Counted from the first letter of the stretch, positions 42,627-53,800 are shown. The stretch: DNA of 64,000 nucleotides from an uncultured Aliarcobacter sp. (GCA_963664305.2 CAXXLV010000001.1:192001-256000); one strand, 5' to 3'. Made by a program: numbers and translations. The notes: a model not told the origin generated them from the letters alone.

Positions 42627-44738
42627 TTAAAACTCTAAAGTTCCCTCTATCGCAAAATTTGCTTTTGAATCAAGTTCAGCATGAGATAACACAGAAACTT
42701 GTAAACCAAATTTTTCATAAATTTCAGAAATTCTTTTTCTAAGAACAGGATCAACAACCATACAAACTTTTGAGAAACCTTTTGCTTCCACTGTATCTAA
42801 AAGTTGTTTTGTTTTTGTAACTAAATTATTAATCTCAGCAATTGAAAGCATCAGTTGTGAAACTCCATGATGGTCTTGAAGTTTACCAATAAATTGTTGT
42901 TCTAGCTCAGGTTTTATTGTAACAATATGTAAAACATTATCTGTGTCTTTAAATTTTTGAGTAATCAATCTATAAAGTTTTGCTCTTACATGCTCTAATA
43001 ATATCTCAGGAACTTTTGTAAACTCTGCAATATCTGCTACAGCTTCAATTATTGTTAACATATCAACAATAGGTATTTTTTCATGTAATAAATCTTTACA
43101 AACTTTTAATAATGCTCCATATGAAGTAACTTTCATTGCCTCATCTATAACTATTGGGAAATCTTTTTTCAATCTATCAACAATATCAACAATGTCCTGT
43201 CTTGTTATAATATCTTCTGCATGTCTTTTTATAATTTCAGAAATATGTGTTGAAATAATAGTAGGAGCATCAACAACAGTAAATCCTTTCATCAATGCTT
43301 CTTCTTTTAAATCTGGTGTAATCCAAGTTGCATCAAGGTTAAATACAGGCTCTTTTACTTTTAAACCTGCAAGTTTTTCATTTCCTAAACCGCCCATCGC
43401 AAGAAACTTATCAACTTCAATTCTTCCTTTTGCTAATGGGATTCTTTTTAAATATAGTTGATACTCATTTGGCCCTAAATTTGCATCATCTGAAATTCTA
43501 ATTTGTGGAATAACAAAACCTAATTCACTTGCAATTGTTTTTCTAATTGCTTTTATTTTATCCAACAACTCAGAATTTCCTTGAACTAATTGTAATAATC
43601 TAATTCCAAGTTTTAACTCTAAAACTTCTAGTTTCATAATATTTTCAATAGTTTGATTTTCATCAGGAACAGCAGCACTTTTTTTCTTCTCTTTTAATGA
43701 AGAAACATTCTCATCAATTTTTGCTTTTACAGCTTGTGGTTTAAATAATCTAGTAATTGCATTATCTTGTTTATTTTCAATCATTGTTATTACATATCCA
43801 ATGAATACCATCATTAAACCCATTACCATTAAAATTCCAGCAGGGAATCCTGGTACAAAACCAAATAAAATCATACCTAAACCAACAAGAATTAAAGACT
43901 TACTATCTTTAATAAGTTGATTAACAGATTGACTTGCGAATTTATCTTCATCCATATTAGAACGAGTAATTATAATAGCAGTTGCAGTTGATAAAATTAA
44001 GGCTGGGATTTGAGCAACTAATCCATCACCAATAGTTAAAATTGTATAAATTTCACCTGATTGAGCAACACTCATATCATGCTGGAAAAGTCCAATTAAA
44101 AGACCTCCAATAAGATTTACCATTGTAATTATGATACCAGCAACAGCATCACCTTTTACGAACTTAGAAGATCCATCCATTGCCCCATAGAAATTTGCTT
44201 CAGAAATAAGCATTTTTCTTCTTTCTTGAGCCTCTTTATCATCAATAAATCCAGCATTTAAATCTGCATCAATTGCCATTTGTTTACCAGGCATAGAGTC
44301 AAGTGTAAATCTCGCTGTTACTTCAGCAACCCTTGTTGCACCTTTTGTCACAACCATAAAATTTATTAATACTAAAATGATAAATACGATTACTCCAATA
44401 ACCATATTTCCACCAACTACGAACTCTCCAAAGGCAGCAATAATTGAACTAACTGCATCTGGACCATTATGTCCTTCACTTAAAATAGACCTAGTTGTTG
44501 CAATATTTAAAGATAACCTAAATAAAGCCAAAATAAGAATAAGTGTTGGAAAGGTTGTTAAATCCGATGGTTTTTGTATATATAAAGAAATTAATAAAAT
44601 TAATAAAGACAAAGATAAAGATATTACCAAAAAGAAATCTAAGATTCCTTTTGGTAAAGGCACAATTATAATTGCAAGAATAGAGATAAAAAGAGCAACG
44701 ACAATTAAGTCTTTAGAAAATATCTTTTTTATGTTCAT
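42627..44738 (-). CDS. flhA: Flagellar export protein FlhA
   Basis: FRLSLNIATTR, KGATRVAEV.ARFTLDSMPGKQMAIDADL, FYGAMDG.SKFVKGDA, TIGDGLV.QIP. Confidence 0.97.
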   Translation of the reverse strand: MNIKKIFSKDLIVVALFISILAIIIVPLPKGILDFFLVISLSLSLLILLISLYIQKPSDLTTFPTLILILALFRLSLNIATTRSILSEGHNGPDAVSSIIAAFGEFVVGGNMVIGVIVFIILVLINFMVVTKGATRVAEVTARFTLDSMPGKQMAIDADLNAGFIDDKEAQERRKMLISEANFYGAMDGSSKFVKGDAVAGIIITMVNLIGGLLIGLFQHDMSVAQSGEIYTILTIGDGLVAQIPALILSTATAIIITRSNMDEDKFASQSVNQLIKDSKSLILVGLGMILFGFVPGFPAGILMVMGLMMVFIGYVITMIENKQDNAITRLFKPQAVKAKIDENVSSLKEKKKSAAVPDENQTIENIMKLEVLELKLGIRLLQLVQGNSELLDKIKAIRKTIASELGFVIPQIRISDDANLGPNEYQLYLKRIPLAKGRIEVDKFLAMGGLGNEKLAGLKVKEPVFNLDATWITPDLKEEALMKGFTVVDAPTIISTHISEIIKRHAEDIITRQDIVDIVDRLKKDFPIVIDEAMKVTSYGALLKVCKDLLHEKIPIVDMLTIIEAVADIAEFTKVPEILLEHVRAKLYRLITQKFKDTDNVLHIVTIKPELEQQFIGKLQDHHGVSQLMLSIAEINNLVTKTKQLLDTVEAKGFSKVCMVVDPVLRKRISEIYEKFGLQVSVLSHAELDSKANFAIEGTLEF

Positions 44739-44755
44739 ATATTAATTTTTATTAG

Positions 44756-45889
44756 TTAATTCATAAAATTAACTAATGACAGTTGATTTGTTTTACTTAT
44801 TGTTGAATAAAGTGCTGTATAAGTTAATTCTAATGCTTTTGCTTGAAGAGCAACTTCAGTTAAATTAGAAGAACTTAAATCCTGTGACACTATTTTATAT
44901 TGAGTCAATTTAGAACCAATACCTTCTAAAGATGTTTCAAATATTTTATTTCTACTTCCTAATTCAGCATGGGCAATATTAACTCCATCATATGCTTTTT
45001 TTAATTCATCCAAACCTTTGCCTATTAAATCTTTTGACTGTGCAGTTGTAATAGGATTACCACTTGAATCAACTTTATTTAAACTATTTACTACATTATC
45101 AATTAAATCAAAAATATTTGTTTTTGCTTCAAATTTAGTACCATCTGCTGTAAAGACTGGAGTTGAATAAGTATTATTTACAGCATCAAAAGTTACAGCC
45201 ATAGTATCAGTAGTAACATTTCCATCTGGATCATATTTTGTTAAAGTATCATTTGTTGGAGTATTTAGTTTCCACTCATTTCCATCTTGATCAATGATTC
45301 TGTCAGTTGCACTAAATGTTAAAGATTCACCTTTATATGCAGTTGCAGAAGAATACATCATCATATCAAAACCATTTACACCTCTTTCTCGATAAGAACC
45401 TTCTTCAACAGCTATACTTCTTAATTTATTATCACCAACATAAGTTACCTTACCATTCGCATCTTTTTCAAAAGGCTTAATTGAAGAATCTGAACCTGTA
45501 AAAACATATTCACCTTCAACTTGTGTATTTGCTAAATCATAAAGATTTTCTTTCATCCCTGCAATGTTTATAGCAATTGATTTTAAACCATCTTCGCCTG
45601 TAGTATCAGTATTTGCTTTTATTAACTCAGAATTTATATATTCTAAAATTTTTTTAATTTCAGCCATACTAGAATCTGCTGTATTATTTTGAATAACAGT
45701 TCTTTCTATTTGAGTTTCAATTCCTTCATAAGTTCTAATCTTATCATCAACTGAAATAATTCTTGAATATAAAATAGAATCATCACTTCCATTTTCAAGC
45801 TGTTTTCCACCATACTGATAATTAAGTTTTCGTTGTAAGGTATCTAGATTATCTAATCTGTACATCATTTGTTCTGTTTGATTAATCAT
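44756..45889 (-). CDS. flgL: Flagellar hook-associated protein 3
   Basis: Flagellin-like termini; ANTQVEGEYVF.GS...KPF; C-terminal LSLVNFM. Confidence 0.88.
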   Translation of the reverse strand: MINQTEQMMYRLDNLDTLQRKLNYQYGGKQLENGSDDSILYSRIISVDDKIRTYEGIETQIERTVIQNNTADSSMAEIKKILEYINSELIKANTDTTGEDGLKSIAINIAGMKENLYDLANTQVEGEYVFTGSDSSIKPFEKDANGKVTYVGDNKLRSIAVEEGSYRERGVNGFDMMMYSSATAYKGESLTFSATDRIIDQDGNEWKLNTPTNDTLTKYDPDGNVTTDTMAVTFDAVNNTYSTPVFTADGTKFEAKTNIFDLIDNVVNSLNKVDSSGNPITTAQSKDLIGKGLDELKKAYDGVNIAHAELGSRNKIFETSLEGIGSKLTQYKIVSQDLSSSNLTEVALQAKALELTYTALYSTISKTNQLSLVNFMN

Positions 45890-47190
45890 TGTAAAACCTT
45901 TCTAAAATTTGCAATAGTATTATCAAAAGACATAGTTTCTTGAGTATCTTGTGTCAAGAATTCTCTTATTTTTTCTTTTTTACCCATTGCGTTATCAAGT
46001 TCAGGGTCCATACCTGTTTTGTATGCACCAACTCTTACTAAAACTTCATTCTCTTTTATTAGTGATAATACTCTTTTTAACTTTAAAAAATCATTATAAT
46101 GTTCTTTTGTAACAACCTTATCCATTACCCTTGAAGCGGATTTTAGAAGATTTATAGGTGGATAAAATCCTTGTTCAGTTAATTCTCTTGTTAATACAAT
46201 ATGTCCATCTAAAATTGACCTACTTTGATCAGCAATTGGATCATTCATATCATCACCATCAACTAAAACAGTAAAAAAAGCAGTAATTGAACCTTTTTGA
46301 TTATTTCCTGCTCGTTCCATTAATTGAGGTAATAAAGAGAATACAGAAGGTGGATAACCACGACTAACAGGTGGTTCTCCTGTACTTAAACCTATTTCTC
46401 TTTGTGCCATTGCAAACCTTGTCACTGAGTCCATCATAAGTAAAACATCATGCCCTTTATCTCTAAAAAACTCTGCAATTGCCATTGCTGTAAATGCACC
46501 ATATTTTCTCATTAAAGCAGATTCATCTGATGTTGCAGTTACTATAACTGTATTTTCAAGATTATTATTTAAATTATAATGAATAAATTCAGGAATTTCA
46601 CGTCCCCTCTCTCCAATTAATGCAACAACTTTTATCTGAGCTTCACAACCTTTTACAATCATTCCCATTAAAGTTGATTTTCCAACTCCAGAACCTGCAA
46701 AAATACCTACTTTTTGACCTTTTCCACAAGTAAGCATAGAATCAATTGCTTTTACACCCGTTCCAAATCTTTTATCAATAATTCCTCTTTCAAGTGCTGG
46801 CATTGAAAGTTTATTTATTGCAGCATTTTCTTCTAAATTTCTTATTTTCCCTTTATTATCTATTGGTTCACCTAAAGCATTTACAACTCTTCCTAATAAA
46901 CCATACCCACATTTAACATTAAGTCCATCTTTTTGTAAATATACTTTATCATGAATTCGAAAACCTTCAATAAAAGAGAAAGGAACAATAGTAAAATTTG
47001 TATCGTTAATTGAAGCTACCATTCCCAAAACTGTGTATAAATGCTGAACTGATTCTATTTTTACAATATCTCCAACAGCAACTTCAAGACCTGTTGCAGT
47101 TAATGTTGTAGTTGAAATATTTGTGATTCTTCCAAATGCGATAGATAAGTTTGTTGGATCAATTTTATTTAATATATCATCTATATTCAT
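45886..47190 (-). CDS. fliI: Flagellar export ATPase
   Basis: GIFAGSGVGKST, IGERGRE, MDSVTRFAMAQREIGL, GYPPS, DPIADQ.RSILDGH. Confidence 0.97.
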   Translation of the reverse strand: MNIDDILNKIDPTNLSIAFGRITNISTTTLTATGLEVAVGDIVKIESVQHLYTVLGMVASINDTNFTIVPFSFIEGFRIHDKVYLQKDGLNVKCGYGLLGRVVNALGEPIDNKGKIRNLEENAAINKLSMPALERGIIDKRFGTGVKAIDSMLTCGKGQKVGIFAGSGVGKSTLMGMIVKGCEAQIKVVALIGERGREIPEFIHYNLNNNLENTVIVTATSDESALMRKYGAFTAMAIAEFFRDKGHDVLLMMDSVTRFAMAQREIGLSTGEPPVSRGYPPSVFSLLPQLMERAGNNQKGSITAFFTVLVDGDDMNDPIADQSRSILDGHIVLTRELTEQGFYPPINLLKSASRVMDKVVTKEHYNDFLKLKRVLSLIKENEVLVRVGAYKTGMDPELDNAMGKKEKIREFLTQDTQETMSFDNTIANFRKVLQ

Positions 47191-49184
47191 TACATCTCAT
47201 CACACATTTTTTTATAAAGACTATCTGATGTATCTTTAACTTCTTTACATTTTAATATATATTCATCTTTTTTTGTTTTATTCCCTAAATTATCATATAA
47301 ATTTAAAACATCATAATAAATTTTAACCTCATCATTTGGTTTAATTTTTCTTGTATTTTCTAATGCTTCAAGAAGATAATCAACAGATTTTTGATAGTTA
47401 TTATTATCTTTTTCAATTCTAGATAATTCGTTTTCAACAAAAGGTGAATATATATAAGCTTTAAAATCTTTTTGTTTATTATATAACTTTTTAATCACTT
47501 CATTTGCTTGTTTTTTATCTTCATTCTTCATTAAATACAAATAATAATCATGATAAAAATCAATAATTACAGGATTTGATTCATTTAACTTTATAAAATT
47601 TGGATATAAAGATGCATAAATAAAGAATTTTTCCATGAAATTTGGATTATCTTTTATTTTATTAATTTGATATCTATAAATAAACTCATTCGCTAAAACA
47701 TTTTTATCATCAACCATTTCAACCTTTGATGAAAAATCAAAGGCATCATCAATTAAACCTAAAGAAAATGCCATTCTTTCAAGATATAAATATATATTTG
47801 CATCCCTTGTTTTATTAAACGTCTCTTTTATTTGATGATAAGCTCTTTCATAAGGAGCTTCTACTAGACATTCAAAGAAGTTATATTTAACACTTTCATC
47901 TTCGATTAATTTTTCCAAAGTTTCACTTCTCGAAGTTCTTAAAATATCATTTAATTCTGAACATTTACCTTGTGATAAATAATCCTTAATTAAATCCATA
48001 TTAACTTCATCAAATATGTCATCTATACTGTCATAACCAAATCTTTTTACTATTTCATTTGATACTTTTCTATATACTTTTTCTGTTTTTAAAACTTGTT
48101 CAAATTTTCTATCATTTTTATCATTCATCAACTCTTGTAACAAGGCTTTTTGTTGCATTGCTTCTATGTCTTGATATTTTGTTGCAACTGCACTTGGAGT
48201 TAAAAATCCTTGTCTCATTAATATCTCATCTATAAACATTTTTGAGTTTTTAGCATGGATTCCTTGAGGATAATCATTAATAACATCTTTATATAAGTCT
48301 TTTGCTTTTTCCAAATAATAATTTGTTTTATCATACATTAACATATATGTATTTGCTAATTTATATTTAAAATCTTCAATTGCATCATCTTTTGTTGTTC
48401 TTTTTAATAATTCAGTTAAAATTTCTGCTGCATGTTCTGGCATTCCAGCTTTTATTAAACGATTAACTTTTTTATTTGCAAGATAAGAATCATTTGCATA
48501 AAACTCTATATTATTTTTTAGAACTTGTGTAATTAGCTCATTTGCTTTATCAAATTTTTCATCTAAAATATAAACATCAAATAATTCATCAGCTACTAAA
48601 GTCGCTACTTCTTTATTATTTGTAACAGTTAAAATTTCATAAAGATACTTAATTGCTTTTGTATAATCTTTTTGATATTTATAAACTTTTGCAAGAGAAA
48701 TTTTTCCATAGGTTTTTGTTAATTCATCATCAAAATTATCAATTATTACTTGAGCAAAATATTTTGCATCATCCATTTTATTTACTTCTAGTTTTAGTTC
48801 TACTAATAACATATAAGCTTTTGATAAATCATTTTGATTAATTAATGAAGAGTTTATTGCATTTTCAAGTTCTGTTGAGGCTTCTAAAATCAACCTTTTT
48901 GATTGTTTTTTTAAAGCTAATTCTGCATATAAAATCATAATATCAGAAGTTAAAACTTTTACTTTATTTTTTTCTTTAAAATCTTTTATTTGAGAATATG
49001 CTTCATCTATCTTATCATCTCTTGCTAATAACCTAGCATTTTGGATTATATCAAAACCATCAGTAATAGATTGTTTTCTCTCTTCAGAAATCTGTTCCCC
49101 TGATGAATCAATAAAGCTATAGTAAAAATCTTTTTTTGCGTATAAAATATTTACTAATAAAAAAATTGTTAATATTAATTTCAA
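47190..49184 (-). CDS. Exported TPR protein, PflA-like motor accessory candidate
   Basis: Signal peptide, all-helical TPR-like repeats, coupled to flhB and fliI. C-terminal Cys pattern reminiscent of PflA (from memory). Confidence 0.55.
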   Translation of the reverse strand: MKLILTIFLLVNILYAKKDFYYSFIDSSGEQISEERKQSITDGFDIIQNARLLARDDKIDEAYSQIKDFKEKNKVKVLTSDIMILYAELALKKQSKRLILEASTELENAINSSLINQNDLSKAYMLLVELKLEVNKMDDAKYFAQVIIDNFDDELTKTYGKISLAKVYKYQKDYTKAIKYLYEILTVTNNKEVATLVADELFDVYILDEKFDKANELITQVLKNNIEFYANDSYLANKKVNRLIKAGMPEHAAEILTELLKRTTKDDAIEDFKYKLANTYMLMYDKTNYYLEKAKDLYKDVINDYPQGIHAKNSKMFIDEILMRQGFLTPSAVATKYQDIEAMQQKALLQELMNDKNDRKFEQVLKTEKVYRKVSNEIVKRFGYDSIDDIFDEVNMDLIKDYLSQGKCSELNDILRTSRSETLEKLIEDESVKYNFFECLVEAPYERAYHQIKETFNKTRDANIYLYLERMAFSLGLIDDAFDFSSKVEMVDDKNVLANEFIYRYQINKIKDNPNFMEKFFIYASLYPNFIKLNESNPVIIDFYHDYYLYLMKNEDKKQANEVIKKLYNKQKDFKAYIYSPFVENELSRIEKDNNNYQKSVDYLLEALENTRKIKPNDEVKIYYDVLNLYDNLGNKTKKDEYILKCKEVKDTSDSLYKKMCDEM

Positions 49185-49187
49185 TTT

Positions 49188-50237
49188 TTACCTTTTTCTT
49201 TTTAATTCATAAATATAAGAGAAAATTTCTGCCATAGCCTTATAAAAACTACTTGGTATCTCTTTATCAACTTCTATTTGTTCATACAAAGATCTTGCAA
49301 GTGCTGGATTTTCTATTATTGGAATCTTATTTTCTTTTGCTATATCTCTTATTTTTAAAGCAATAAAATCTATTCCTTTTCCAACAACTACAGGAGCTGA
49401 ATTAACTTTATTATCATATTTTAAAGCTATTGCATAATGAGTTGGATTTGTTATTACAACGTCTGCATTTGGTACATTACTCATCATTCTTTTTTGTGCC
49501 ATTTGCATCTGAATTCTTCTAATTCTACCTTTTACTTGAGGATCTCCCTCCATATTTTTAAATTCATCTTTAATCTCTTGTTTACTCATTCTTAAAGATT
49601 TCATATAGTAGTATTTAGAAAAATAAAAATCAATTATAGCAAAAATAACCAGAATAAAAAGAATTGCAAAAATAAAATATATTGTTAACTGTAACATCGT
49701 ATTTATTGTTGCGTTTGTTTCCTGACTCATCATCATCAAAAATTGTTTGTTAGTTAATAAAAAAATTACAAACATTACAATCATAATAATAGTCAATTTT
49801 AAAGTTAATTTTAATGCTTCAATAAGTTTTTTAAAACTAAAAATATTTTTTATCCCTTTTATTGGATCCAACTTCTGTAAATCAAATTTTAAAGGAATAA
49901 CAACAAACCCAAATTGCATCCAATTAGTTACTAATGCTAAAACTAAAATTAATATAAATAATGGTGCTAAAGCTTTTAATAAAGTAATCGTTACAGTATA
50001 AGTTATAGAAAAAAGAATTGGACCATCTAATTCTTGACCTATAAAACCATATGAATACATCATAAGTTTTTTTATTTCAATTAATGAAAAAGAGGAAAAA
50101 AACAATAAATAAACAGATCCAAAAAGTAATATTGTAGCACCTGTTACTTCCATTGATTTATGGATGTTTCCCTCATTCTTTGCATCTTCTAGTTTTTTGG
50201 ATGTGGGTTCTTCTGTTTTTTCTTCTTCGTCAGCCAT
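49188..50237 (-). CDS. flhB: Flagellar export protein FlhB
   Basis: EKTEEPT.KKL, MSKQE.KDE.K..EGDP, NPTH autocleavage site. Confidence 0.97.
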   Translation of the reverse strand: MADEEEKTEEPTSKKLEDAKNEGNIHKSMEVTGATILLFGSVYLLFFSSFSLIEIKKLMMYSYGFIGQELDGPILFSITYTVTITLLKALAPLFILILVLALVTNWMQFGFVVIPLKFDLQKLDPIKGIKNIFSFKKLIEALKLTLKLTIIMIVMFVIFLLTNKQFLMMMSQETNATINTMLQLTIYFIFAILFILVIFAIIDFYFSKYYYMKSLRMSKQEIKDEFKNMEGDPQVKGRIRRIQMQMAQKRMMSNVPNADVVITNPTHYAIALKYDNKVNSAPVVVGKGIDFIALKIRDIAKENKIPIIENPALARSLYEQIEVDKEIPSSFYKAMAEIFSYIYELKRKR

Positions 50238-50252
50238 AATTTATTCCTTAAA

Positions 50253-51002
50253 CTACTGCAATTTATCTATAAAATATTGTGTAAATGCTTCAGAAAAAAC
50301 TTCCATTCCAAGAATTAGAAAAATAAAAATAAATGCAAATTTCAATTGAAAAGTAACAACAAATGGAGAAAAAGAAGGCATTGATTTAGTTCCATATCCA
50401 TAATAAACATCCATAATAAATCCAATAAAAAATAGTGGTAAAGCAAATGCAAATGCAAATGCAAACATTCTTTTCACTTCATCAATAGCAAGTTGAATTC
50501 CATTATAAGAAAATATATCAAAAGTTCCCAGATGAATCATAGTAAAACTTTTTACTAAAATAACTAATGTCATTTCATACATTCCTGTTTGAAAAAAAAG
50601 CATTAATGCAATCCAAAAAAGTAATTTAGCAACTAATCCCTCTTGAGAACCAGTTGTTGGGTCAAACATTGCAGCCATTGATAATGCAGTAGAATATTCT
50701 ACAAACTCTCCAATAATTCTAACTGCTGAAAAAATAATATTTATAAACATTGAAGCAACTAAACCCAAAGTTAATTCAGAAATTAAACTTATAATAAAAT
50801 TATCTGCTGTGATATTTGTGGCAACATTTATTAGAGGGAAAATAAATACTGTTATATAAAAAGCAAAGGCTACCCTGATTGTAGGATTAATTGAAGCATG
50901 ACCAAAAACTGGCATGAAAGCTACAAAGGCAAGAATTCGAGCAAATAGAAGAAGAAATTGAAACAGAACCTCTTCATTTAATAATGATAAAAAAGCTTCC
51001 AT
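50253..51002 (-). CDS. fliR: Flagellar export protein FliR
   Basis: Hydrophobic; RI.AF...PVF, FDP, ALP; lies upstream of flhB. Confidence 0.9.
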   Translation of the reverse strand: MEAFLSLLNEEVLFQFLLLFARILAFVAFMPVFGHASINPTIRVAFAFYITVFIFPLINVATNITADNFIISLISELTLGLVASMFINIIFSAVRIIGEFVEYSTALSMAAMFDPTTGSQEGLVAKLLFWIALMLFFQTGMYEMTLVILVKSFTMIHLGTFDIFSYNGIQLAIDEVKRMFAFAFAFALPLFFIGFIMDVYYGYGTKSMPSFSPFVVTFQLKFAFIFIFLILGMEVFSEAFTQYFIDKLQ

Positions 51003-53017
51003 TACATATAATCTATATTTTCTTCTCTATTTTTATTCTCTTCTTTTAATTGTAATACATTTTGTGTATCCATTTGTCTTTCAAATCTTCTCTCTTGATT
51101 AGATTGACTATTTTGATTATTTGAAGATTGACTATCACTTTGAGTAGAAGAACTAAAATCTAAATTAAACTCCGTATAATCATTAAATGTTTTATTTAAA
51201 GAATTTCTTAAAACATTTTGATTGTCTACAAATGTATCTAACGTTGTAGGATTTGAAATGCTCATACTAATTGATAATCCATTATTTCTATCATTTTTCA
51301 TTAAAATTGCAATATTTCCTAAATCTACTGGATTTAAGTTAATTCTAAAAACTGTAACTGGAGGTTTATAATTTTCATACATTTGTCTTGCAATATCAGA
51401 CATCATTGTTGACATTTGTTGTTTTGCACCTATAATTTTCGACTGGATATTATATGACAATGGAGAATTAACGTTAACTGCTACATCATCTGAAACATTT
51501 AAAGTATTATCTAGTAACGCTGCACTTGCATCTACCGATTTTGTAATTAAATTTTTAATATCAACTGTTCTAATATTTTTTTCATTTAATAAAGAATCTA
51601 AAATATTTTTTTTATCTAAAGTATCTAAATCTTCTTTTTTAACTATTCCCAAAGTTTCTTTTTGGATATTTTGTTCTATATCCAAATCTTCTAATCCTAA
51701 ATCTAAAATATTTGCACTTTTTTCAATATCTTTTAAAGAAGCACCATCTTTCAATAAACTAATTGCTTCACCTTTATTAAATAAAACTTGATTATTTAAT
51801 AAATTTTTCTGTTCACTCAAATAAATATTTGAAATTAACTCTTTCGAATTTACTTCACCTTTTAATAAAACTATTTCTGTTTCATCTGAAGTTTTTAAAT
51901 TTGCTTTTTCCATATTTTTTTGAATTAATATATCCATTAAACTTTTTTTCTCTTCAGGTTTATTCTCTGGATCTATTATATTTTTTGATACAGTTTGATT
52001 TTGAGTATTTTCAATTTCTAATAAACCGCTATCATCTACAATATTTTGTGCTTCAGTATTAGTAATTTTTGTTTCATTTTCTAATAATATATTATTATCA
52101 ACTATTTTATTTATAATTGATTCATCTAATAAAGTTGAAGTTTCTTCTATTTTGTTCTCATCAACTTTAGTTTCTGATTTGTTATTTACTATATTTTCAA
52201 CTAATATTTCTTCTTTTATATTATTTTCTAACTTCGTAACTTCAAATTTATTTTCTTTATCTTCAGTGTTGTTTTTTTCTAATTTATTTTCTTTATTTGT
52301 TACATTATCTAAAACTAACTCTAAATCTTTTTTTGTATTAGTTTTTGATTCTTCCACAATTACATCATTTTCTGGCATTGTTATTTGAAGATTTTCTTTA
52401 ATTTCTGGTTCAGTTGTAAGTTCTTCAACAATTGAATTATTTTGTAAATTTGTTTGCTCTTCTACTTTTGTTTCAATATCTGTATTAATTGGCTTATCAT
52501 CTTTAACGGGTATTTCTAATTCCGTTTCTGTACTAAGTAATGGTTCTTTTTGATTATTTACTATTTCTTCAGATAACTCATTTTTAACAAGTAATGAATT
52601 TTTAACATCTTCATTTTTTGAATTATCAATATTTTCTAAATTTGAAGTTTCTATTTTTGAAGGAGTTTCTTGTAAAATATTCTTTAATGTTGATTTTGTT
52701 CCATCTTCACTTAATTCATTTTTTGCTTCAATTATTAATCTATCTAACAATGAATTTGAGCTTGTAGAACTTGTTTTTACTTCTGCTTCTACTTTAGTAG
52801 TTTCAGTTTTTACTTCTTTTAATAAATTTGTTTCTTTATTTAATTCAGGTTTATTTGACTCAACTTTATGTTGAATGTTTTCATCTTTACTAAAACTTTC
52901 TTTCAATAAAGAATCAAATAATGATGGCTGTTCTTTTACACTATCTTTTTCAGCCGTAGAAGAAACATCAGGAGTAGAAGTTTTTGTTTTTATTAAAATA
53001 TCAGTAACATTTGCCAT
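51002..53017 (-). CDS. fliK: Flagellar hook-length control protein
   Basis: Long disordered E/K/N/T-rich region; C-terminal T3S4 domain INLNPVDLG.I.I followed by a Q/S/N-rich tail. Confidence 0.85.
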   Translation of the reverse strand: MANVTDILIKTKTSTPDVSSTAEKDSVKEQPSLFDSLLKESFSKDENIQHKVESNKPELNKETNLLKEVKTETTKVEAEVKTSSTSSNSLLDRLIIEAKNELSEDGTKSTLKNILQETPSKIETSNLENIDNSKNEDVKNSLLVKNELSEEIVNNQKEPLLSTETELEIPVKDDKPINTDIETKVEEQTNLQNNSIVEELTTEPEIKENLQITMPENDVIVEESKTNTKKDLELVLDNVTNKENKLEKNNTEDKENKFEVTKLENNIKEEILVENIVNNKSETKVDENKIEETSTLLDESIINKIVDNNILLENETKITNTEAQNIVDDSGLLEIENTQNQTVSKNIIDPENKPEEKKSLMDILIQKNMEKANLKTSDETEIVLLKGEVNSKELISNIYLSEQKNLLNNQVLFNKGEAISLLKDGASLKDIEKSANILDLGLEDLDIEQNIQKETLGIVKKEDLDTLDKKNILDSLLNEKNIRTVDIKNLITKSVDASAALLDNTLNVSDDVAVNVNSPLSYNIQSKIIGAKQQMSTMMSDIARQMYENYKPPVTVFRINLNPVDLGNIAILMKNDRNNGLSISMSISNPTTLDTFVDNQNVLRNSLNKTFNDYTEFNLDFSSSTQSDSQSSNNQNSQSNQERRFERQMDTQNVLQLKEENKNREENIDYM

Positions 53018-53023
53018 AATTTT

Positions 53024-53488
53024 TTACACAGTTAATATATCTAAAGTTTTAGAATCTATATTTTTATGAGTATTAAATGAAGAAACATTCGCTTCATATG
53101 ATCTCATTGCCTCAATTAAATCAACCATTTCTATAACTGGATTTATATCTGGATAAGCTACATATCCTTGTTCGTTAGCATCTGGATGATTTGGCTCATA
53201 TTTCATTACAGGTTTTGCATCAGATTGAAGTATCGATTTAACACCAACACCTCTTAAAGAAACATCAGAGCTTGCATTATTTGTCGTTTCTACATCATTT
53301 GAATTTGTTTTTTTATTAGTATTTGAAATCAAAACATCTTCAAAAACAACTTGTTGCTTTTTATATGGTCCACCTTCAGCAGTATGAGTTGTTTTTGCAT
53401 TTGCAATATTTGCACTTACAACATTGATTCTTGTTCTTTGTGCACTCATTCCAGATGAGGCAACATTATAACCATCAAAAAAACCCAT
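53024..53488 (-). CDS. flgC: Flagellar basal-body rod protein
   Basis: SGM.AQR.R..VVS.NIANA.TT, PY, YEP.HPDA..GYV.YP.IN...EMVDLI.A.RSYEAN. Confidence 0.97.
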   Translation of the reverse strand: MGFFDGYNVASSGMSAQRTRINVVSANIANAKTTHTAEGGPYKKQQVVFEDVLISNTNKKTNSNDVETTNNASSDVSLRGVGVKSILQSDAKPVMKYEPNHPDANEQGYVAYPDINPVIEMVDLIEAMRSYEANVSSFNTHKNIDSKTLDILTV

Positions 53489-53500
53489 GACTACTCCTTA

Positions 53501-53800
53501 TTAAACTTGCATTCTCATTATCTCTTTATATGCACTAATAGCTTTATTATTAACTTCTAATGCTAATTTCATAGATAATTCTGCTTCTTCTATTCTTTGA
53601 ACTGCTTCTTGTAAATTTGTTACTTTACCAGTAGCTATTCCTTCCATTGCATCATAACCTTTTACTTGTTGGTTATTTACATCAGAGATAGCATCATTTA
53701 GCATACTTTGAAATGATTTATCTTCATTACTATTCTCTACATTATTACTATTATTCATTCCTAATACATTTAAAGAATTAGCAATTGATGAAATATTCAA
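53501..53800 (-). CDS. fliE: Flagellar hook-basal body protein
   Basis: F..ML..AI..VN..Q; EV.NK.ISAY.EIMRMQV; TTG start with AGGAG RBS. Confidence 0.95.
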   Translation of the reverse strand: MNISSIANSLNVLGMNNSNNVENSNEDKSFQSMLNDAISDVNNQQVKGYDAMEGIATGKVTNLQEAVQRIEEAELSMKLALEVNNKAISAYKEIMRMQV

